Shown here: piece after piece, positions 54,614 to 60,040 of the stretch | Layout of the letters: each line of letters opens with the position of its first letter | Numbering within the stretch: the stretch's first letter is position 1 | Origin: a candidate division CPR2 bacterium GW2011_GWC2_39_10 | GTDB lineage: Bacteria; Patescibacteriota; CPR2 | DNA length: 60,040 bases | Direction: 5' to 3' | Assembly: GCA_000993275.1 (NCBI GenBank) | Contig: LBVV01000003.1 | Coordinates: 1 to 60,040 of the forward strand | Position numbers and translations under genes: made by a program | The notes under the pieces: generated by a model | Told to the model about the DNA's origin: nothing | Seen by the model: the letters and a program-made list of their open reading frames with translations, nothing else | Databases searched by the model: none

Positions 54614-55249
54614 CTAATTTAAATTTTCTTTAGTATTTGTTGCTATTGTTTCTTCATTTATTTTTTTCAGTAATTTCGGTAATTTCATAAAATCTGCTTT
54701 TAAGACGTCTCGCATTGAGCCATTATGAAGTGCGGCAGCCGGATGGTAAAGCGCAAAAAAAACCTGGCTTTTTCCAAGCCACTCTACCTCTTTTCTAAAA
54801 GCTTTGCCGTGAGCAGCCGATATTTTCATGTCCGGAAAAAAACGATTCAAAGAATGACGTCCTAAAAAGACTATTACCTTGGGGTTAATTATTTCAATTT
54901 GTTTTTTTAAATAGGGGAAGCAGGCTTCAACTTCCTGCGGTAGCGGATCCCTGTTTGCTGGCGGCCTATGTTTTACAACGTTTGCAATATAAACATCTTC
55001 CCTCTTGTATCCATTTTCTTCAAGCATTTCCGTTAAAAACTTGCCGGCGGCTCCCACAAACGGTTTGCCTTGCTGGTCTTCCTTTTCTCCCGGAGCCTCG
55101 CCAATTAAGACAATTTCCGCTTGCGGATTTCCATCTCCCGGCACCGAATTTGTGGCATTTTTAAACAAGCCGCACCTGGTGCAGTTTCTGGCAAGATCAT
55201 TTATTGCCTCCAAAGATAGAGCTTTGTCTATTTGAGAATCAGAAATCAT
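54614..55249 (-). CDS. Uracil-DNA glycosylase, family 4
   Basis: GEAPGEKEDQQGKPFVGAAGKFL and an N-terminal Cys pair (CTRCGL). Confidence 0.85.
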   Translation of the reverse strand: MISDSQIDKALSLEAINDLARNCTRCGLFKNATNSVPGDGNPQAEIVLIGEAPGEKEDQQGKPFVGAAGKFLTEMLEENGYKREDVYIANVVKHRPPANRDPLPQEVEACFPYLKKQIEIINPKVIVFLGRHSLNRFFPDMKISAAHGKAFRKEVEWLGKSQVFFALYHPAAALHNGSMRDVLKADFMKLPKLLKKINEETIATNTKENLN

Positions 55250-55346
55250 AAAAGTTTAAATATATTTGAGAGCCCTTTAAAAGTTGAACCAACTATATCA
55301 CACGGCACCACACAAGTCAACCAGAAATAGCCACCTTACTTTCTAC

Positions 55347-55375
55347 TTGAAATCCTGTGGATAATATGATAAAAT
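55347..55375 (+). promoter_or_regulatory. Sigma-70-like promoter of rpsO
   Basis: TTGAAA (55347-55352), a 17-nt spacer, then TAAAAT (55370-55375). Confidence 0.5.
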
Positions 55376-55410
55376 AAGTTCAAGAATTATTAACAAAGGG
55401 GAAGCCTACA

Positions 55411-55677
55411 ATGTTAAAAAAAGATGACAAAGTTAATATCGTAAAAAAGTTCGGCGCAAGCGAAAAAGACACCGGATCTCCGGAAGTTCAAATTGCTATT
55501 TTTTCTGAACAGATAAAGCAGTTAACCGAGCATCTAAAAACCCATAAAAAAGATGATCACTCTAGGCGCGGTTTGCTGAAAATGGTAGGAAAAAGACGAA
55601 GACTTCTTGATTTTCTATCCAAAAGAAACCGTGACAAATACGATGGTCTTATTAAAGTTTTAGGTCTGAGGAAGTAA
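55411..55677 (+). CDS. rpsO: 30S ribosomal protein S15
   Basis: 88 aa: [48 protein letters not shown]. Confidence 0.95.
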   Translation: MLKKDDKVNIVKKFGASEKDTGSPEVQIAIFSEQIKQLTEHLKTHKKDDHSRRGLLKMVGKRRRLLDFLSKRNRDKYDGLIKVLGLRK

Positions 55678-55989
55678 ATACAATAATTACAAATATCAAA
55701 CCTGTCTCGCTTTGCTTGCCAGTATAGGCGCCAAGACTGGTCTATCTCGTTGCCAAGGCGGATGAAATCCAAAATTATAATTAGGAGTTTTAAAGTTTGA
55801 TAATTAATTTGGCGTTTTTAATTTGATATTTAACAATAATTAATAACTTGCTAGGAATCAGAACCTGGAAGAAAAATCCGTATGGATTCAACTTCTTGTT
55901 TTGACTCCTAGCTCTAACGCCTAAATATAGGCAGGCCCGCCAAAATTTTATTTTGCAAAAAATTAAGCGGGCAGGAAAGAGAGGAACTT

Positions 55990-58098
55990 ATGAGTTCTAT
56001 TGTAAAAGGCAGTAAAGTTTTTGAAACTGAATTTGCCGGAAAAAAACTAACTATCGAAACCGGAAATTTTGCAATGCAAGCTTCCGGCGCCGTGATGCTA
56101 AAATACGGCGACACCGTGCTAATGGCAACCGCTGTGGTATCGGATAAAGTAAGGGCGGACATCGATTATTTCCCCCTTATGGTTGATTTTGAAGAAAAAC
56201 ACTACGCCGCCGGTAAAATATCCGGAAGCCGTTTTATAAAAAGAGAAGGACGACCCTCAGAAACCGCCATTTTAACGTCAAGGTTAATTGACAGGCCCGT
56301 AAGGCCCTTGTTTCCAAAAGGATACAAAAACGACATTCAGGTAATTGTGACGGCTCTTTCTTTTGATAAAGAAAACGATCCCGATTATCTGGGCATTATT
56401 GCCGCTTCCGCTGCTTTATCGCTTAGTGGCGCTCCCTTTATGGGGCCAATTTCGGGCATTAGGGTCGGTTTAATCGAGGACACGCTTGTTTTAAACCCGA
56501 CCATTACCGAAATGGAAAATTCCAAGCTGGACTTAATAATAAGCGGCACCAAAGACGGCATTATTATGGTAGAAGCCGGCGCCTCCGAGGTAACGGAAGA
56601 AAAAATGATCAAAGCTCTTGAGCTTGGCCATCAAGGCATGAAACCGGTTATTGAACTTCAAGAAAAAATGGCTAAAGAAATCGGCGTTAAACCCAAAGAA
56701 TATGAATTATTTACCGTGAGCAAAGATGCCATTTCTGCCGTAGAAAAATTTTTAGTCGGCAAATTAGGGGAAGACATAAGACATTCCGATGAAATTCAAA
56801 GAGAAGGAGCTATCGCCGATCTTGAATCCCAAGTTTTTGGCGATCTGCAAGATGACTACGAAGCCGCCGAAATTTCGGAAGCCTTTAACAAAATTATCGA
56901 CATGGAAGTAAGAAGGGGAATTTTAGATGATGGAGAAAGGCCCGACGGAAGAAAGCCGGACGAAATAAGAAAAATCACTTCCCAAGTTGGCTTGCTCCCA
57001 AGAACCCACGGTTCGGCTCTATTTACCAGAGGTCTAACTCAGTCTTTATCGATAACGACACTAGCCGGGCCCGGAATGGCGCAAATGATTGACACTATGA
57101 TGGAAACCGGCGAAAAAAGGTTTATGCTGCATTATAACTTCCCCCCTTATTCTGTTGGAGAAGCAAAACCCCTAAGAGGTACCGGACGAAGAGAAGTGGG
57201 ACACGGAAATATTGGCGAAAGAGGCCTAACGAAAGTTTTGCCAAGTCAAGAAGACTTCCCTTACACCATTAGAGTAGTTTCGGAAATCCTATCTTCGAAC
57301 GGTTCTACCTCTATGGCTTCTGTTTGCGGCGCTACCTTAGCCTTAATGGACGCCGGCGTCCCAATTACCGCTCCTGTTGCCGGTATTGCCATGGGCCTTA
57401 TAACTTCGCAAGATGCAAAGGGTAAAATCGAAAAATACGTTATTCTTTCCGACATTAGAGACGTAGAGGACTATGCCGGAGATATTGACTTTAAGGTAGC
57501 CGGAACAGCCGAAGGCATTACCTCCATGCAGATGGATATGAAAATTAAAGGCGTCTCTCCTGATATTCTAGGCGAAGCCCTAAAGCAGGCAAAAAAAGGA
57601 AGGCTTCATATTCTAGACAAAATGCTTGAAGCCATCCAGGAACCAAGAGCCGAAATTTCTAAGTACGCTCCAAGAGTTTACACCATTCAGATCAAACAAG
57701 AAAAAATCAAAGACGTTATTGGTAAAGGCGGCGAAACTATAAACAAGATTATAGCGGCTACAGGCGTAGAAATTGATATTCAAGACTCTGGCCAAATCAA
57801 CATTTCTGCCGTAGACGGAGAAGCAGCCAAAGAAGCTATTAAGATAATTGAAGGCATTGTAAAAGAACCGGAAATTGGCACCGTTTACCAAGGCAGAGTT
57901 ACCAGAGTTGAAAACTTCGGTTGTTTTGTAGAGATTTTGCCCGGCAGGGAAGGCTTGGTTCATATCTCTCAATTGGATAAAGAACGAGTAGAAAATGTTT
58001 CCGACATCGTTAAGGTTGGCGACATTATTCCGGTAAAACTTACCGAAATTGACCGCCAAGGCAGAATCAACTTATCCCGAAAAGCCGCCCTTAAGTAA
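55990..58098 (+). CDS. pnp: Polynucleotide phosphorylase
   Basis: Two RNase PH domains, KH and S1 domains, 702 aa, classic rpsO-pnp linkage. Confidence 0.95.
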   Translation: MSSIVKGSKVFETEFAGKKLTIETGNFAMQASGAVMLKYGDTVLMATAVVSDKVRADIDYFPLMVDFEEKHYAAGKISGSRFIKREGRPSETAILTSRLIDRPVRPLFPKGYKNDIQVIVTALSFDKENDPDYLGIIAASAALSLSGAPFMGPISGIRVGLIEDTLVLNPTITEMENSKLDLIISGTKDGIIMVEAGASEVTEEKMIKALELGHQGMKPVIELQEKMAKEIGVKPKEYELFTVSKDAISAVEKFLVGKLGEDIRHSDEIQREGAIADLESQVFGDLQDDYEAAEISEAFNKIIDMEVRRGILDDGERPDGRKPDEIRKITSQVGLLPRTHGSALFTRGLTQSLSITTLAGPGMAQMIDTMMETGEKRFMLHYNFPPYSVGEAKPLRGTGRREVGHGNIGERGLTKVLPSQEDFPYTIRVVSEILSSNGSTSMASVCGATLALMDAGVPITAPVAGIAMGLITSQDAKGKIEKYVILSDIRDVEDYAGDIDFKVAGTAEGITSMQMDMKIKGVSPDILGEALKQAKKGRLHILDKMLEAIQEPRAEISKYAPRVYTIQIKQEKIKDVIGKGGETINKIIAATGVEIDIQDSGQINISAVDGEAAKEAIKIIEGIVKEPEIGTVYQGRVTRVENFGCFVEILPGREGLVHISQLDKERVENVSDIVKVGDIIPVKLTEIDRQGRINLSRKAALK

Positions 58099-58112
58099 AT
58101 AAAGTACTCAAG

Positions 58113-59714
58113 TTAATAAGTTTTAAAAAAAGCCCCAAACAATAGGGGCTTTTTTATTATGACCATGTGTAGCCTTTTTAACATTTCCTTAACTTTTTCT
58201 TCCGCTTCTTCTTTACTATGAATTTCGGCTCTATCGTAAGCTTCATTTACCGCCGTTTTAATTTGGCCGATTACCCACCCATGTTCCTCTGGCCGGTAAT
58301 TTATCCCTTCGCTTTGAATAATATCAATTACTTCATTCCCGTTTACAATTTCAAGATGTTTTCCTTCTGCCGTTTCTTTTCTAACCAAATCCAAAATTTC
58401 CAGTGCCGTGGAAAGGAAAGCTGTATCGGTTGTACCGTCCGGACGAAAACTGGACATGGTATCAGCTAGAGTTAAAAGAATTAATGACGGAAACCTCGGG
58501 TCTCTTGCCAGTTGTTTTTGTTTACGAAGCCCCATCTCACTAAAACTAATCATTCGCATATGTTTTTTTATTAGCCAGGAAGCATTGTCTTTACCGTTAT
58601 CCCACTTTAGTCTGTCGGCAAGTTGATGAAACATCTCTACCGATATTTTATCATGTCCGTTAAAACGGATACGCTCTCCGTCAAAACTTTTAGTTGCCGG
58701 CTTTCCAATGTCATGAAAAAGACCGGCAATATTAAGCTGGGGAACAGCCTCTTTAAATAAATTTTCATATTGATCAGATTCCTTTAAATCCCACAATTTT
58801 TTTAGGAGCATCATTGTGTGCTTAAATACGTCCCCCTCGCTATGATAAATTTTCGGCTGCTCAACCCCTTTTAAGTTTTGGATTTCCGGCAAAATTGCGT
58901 TCAAAACATGCGCTTTGTCCATCAGTTCAATGGTCTTTAGGGGGTTAAAAATTAAGGACTTATATAATTCTTCGCCGATTTTCTCCCAAGGCACCCTCTC
59001 AACTTTAAGGCCTTTTTCATTGGTAAACTTCTTTAATATTTCCTCACGGTTAGTCTTTATCGAATTAAAGGTGTTTTCCTCTATTTCAAAATTAAGTTGC
59101 GATGCAAAGCGGATTGCCCTTAGCATTCTGCTGGGATCTTCCAAAAACCGCTCATCCGCACTGCCCACCGCTCTAATAATACCCTTTTTTAAATCCTTAT
59201 AGCCTCCCAAAGGGTCTATAAGATTACCTTTTCGCAAATCCATGCCTATGGCGTTTATAGTAAAATCACGTCTGGAAAAATCGTCTTCAATACTTACGTT
59301 TTCGTGGCTTACCTCGGCATGTTTCTGACGAGCTCTCTCCATGTAAACTTCGGTTCTGGGCAAAGCAATATAAATAATGTCTTTTGACAATTCATCGCGG
59401 ATCTTGGGCCTAAATTTATAAACACCGAAGTTGCGGCCTTCAATTAGATCAACTTTTCCCAACCCTCCTAGAATAACTTCCAAAGAATTTTTATTAACTC
59501 CTTCGATAATTAGATCATGGTCTTTATTTTCTATGTCCAAAAGCCCATCCCGTACGGCACCGCCAACCATGGCTATCCGACTTTCCGGATACGCATCTAA
59601 AATATTCTGAACAAATGCTAAATCGGGATCACTTTTAAACTTTTCGGCCACCTTTTCTATTCCAGAATTGTATCCGCCTTCAGTCGAACCAAAATTATTA
59701 TTTCCTTTTTCCAT
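58113..59714 (-). CDS. cca: tRNA nucleotidyltransferase (CCA-adding)/poly(A) polymerase-family enzyme with HD domain
   Basis: GGAVRDGLL head-domain motif, an RRDFTINA-type motif, and HD motif FHDIGKP. Confidence 0.8.
   Translation of the reverse strand: MEKGNNNFGSTEGGYNSGIEKVAEKFKSDPDLAFVQNILDAYPESRIAMVGGAVRDGLLDIENKDHDLIIEGVNKNSLEVILGGLGKVDLIEGRNFGVYKFRPKIRDELSKDIIYIALPRTEVYMERARQKHAEVSHENVSIEDDFSRRDFTINAIGMDLRKGNLIDPLGGYKDLKKGIIRAVGSADERFLEDPSRMLRAIRFASQLNFEIEENTFNSIKTNREEILKKFTNEKGLKVERVPWEKIGEELYKSLIFNPLKTIELMDKAHVLNAILPEIQNLKGVEQPKIYHSEGDVFKHTMMLLKKLWDLKESDQYENLFKEAVPQLNIAGLFHDIGKPATKSFDGERIRFNGHDKISVEMFHQLADRLKWDNGKDNASWLIKKHMRMISFSEMGLRKQKQLARDPRFPSLILLTLADTMSSFRPDGTTDTAFLSTALEILDLVRKETAEGKHLEIVNGNEVIDIIQSEGINYRPEEHGWVIGQIKTAVNEAYDRAEIHSKEEAEEKVKEMLKRLHMVIIKKPLLFGAFFKTY
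58125..58156. terminator. Bidirectional terminator between convergent pnp and cca
   Basis: AAAAAAAGCCCC-AAACAATA-GGGGCTTTTTT. It overlaps the last ~14 codons of the cca ORF. Confidence 0.75.
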
Positions 59715-59943
59715 AAAAATATTATATCAAAATAGTTATCAAATTGATTCGTCATTTGAGACCGATGAAAAAAGTTTTTTAGAGTGCCATTGTCCATACG
59801 GATCCGTACCGTGACGAGTAACGAAGCAATCTTCTTACGTTCGAAACAAGATTGCCGCACTCTCCGGCGGCTGCCGGATCGTTCGCAATGACATTTTTGG
59901 GGAGTTTTGTGGGCGGTCTCTTGCGATCTCTCAGCATTTTGAT

Positions 59944-59958
59944 CTGACCCACGTGCAG
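59944..59958 (-). repeat. Copy 4 of the CACGTG-core motif (CTGACCCACGTGCAG)
   Basis: Reverse complement of the motif at 85-99 and 7469-7483. It is preceded (59780-59900) by nested palindromes of the hairpin families. Confidence 0.9.
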
Positions 59959-60040
59959 TTTTTTAAATTTCTTTCAAAATTGGCCAACAAAATCCAGATT
60001 TATCTCTTTTCCGGTAAGAAACCGAGATATTTCAGCAGTA

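Noticed and set aside
58113-58156. The odd hydrophobic C-terminus of the CCA enzyme (KKPLLFGAFFKTY), considered as a possible functional extension.
   Set aside because: These codons are the reverse-strand reading of the pnp/cca bidirectional terminator hairpin. The ORF most likely just runs to the first stop beyond the terminator.
1-60040. The possibility that the window is a circular replicon, because both ends carry the same motif in inverted orientation.
   Set aside because: The content is chromosomal housekeeping (recA, ftsK, pnp, ribosomal proteins) with no replication or partition module. The two ends do not overlap each other. Repeat-induced contig breaks are the simpler explanation.

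Overview
The window is an AT-rich, gene-dense bacterial contig, roughly 35-40% GC by eye. Its gene content and style fit a Patescibacteria/CPR-like organism: Gram-positive-type type IV pilus genes without a secretin, a group 3b [NiFe]-hydrogenase, RNase J, many small orphan ORFs, and intergenic DNA packed with palindromic repeats. All calls come from motif recognition in the supplied translations and from reading the DNA; no searches were run.

Layout:
- 1-8 kb is an accessory, mosaic region. It holds a GC-elevated orphan two-gene operon, and a low-GC islet (alpha/beta-hydrolase plus a PD-(D/E)xK-like protein) bounded by an imperfect duplication of the tRNA-Asp 3' end. It also holds a UPF0182 membrane protein, a 173-bp MITE-like unit, tRNA-Ile(UAU) and a disrupted tRNA-like paralog.
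- 8.1-14.6 kb is one apparently translationally coupled minus-strand operon: receiver, PAS histidine kinase, receiver, hydB-hydG-hydD-hydA, hypC.
- 14.8-20.9 kb holds two unknown proteins, two methyltransferases (one is rsmH), a tandem-repeat protein and a Xer recombinase.
- 21.1-35.4 kb is a type IV pilus super-locus: four minor pilins on the + strand, and pilM-N-O-(P-like)-B-[four-helix-bundle ORF]-T-C-A-D plus two secreted proteins on the - strand.
- 35.9-59.7 kb is housekeeping: ychF, tlyA, efp, rpsR-ssb-rpsF, recA-dedA-recX, yajQ, rodZ-like, ftsK, rnj, udg, rpsO-pnp, cca.

I found no rRNA, no CRISPR array, no transposase and no reverse transcriptase.

The most unusual signal is not a classical gene cluster. 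Two tiny ORFs, a minimal GIY-YIG nuclease and a four-helix-bundle protein, each sit between inverted copies of repeat families that are also dispersed through the window as ORF-less doublets. One such doublet is inserted in frame inside ychF. This resembles a REP/RAYT (REPIN)-type arrangement with non-canonical partner proteins. That reading is an inference and needs genome-wide testing.
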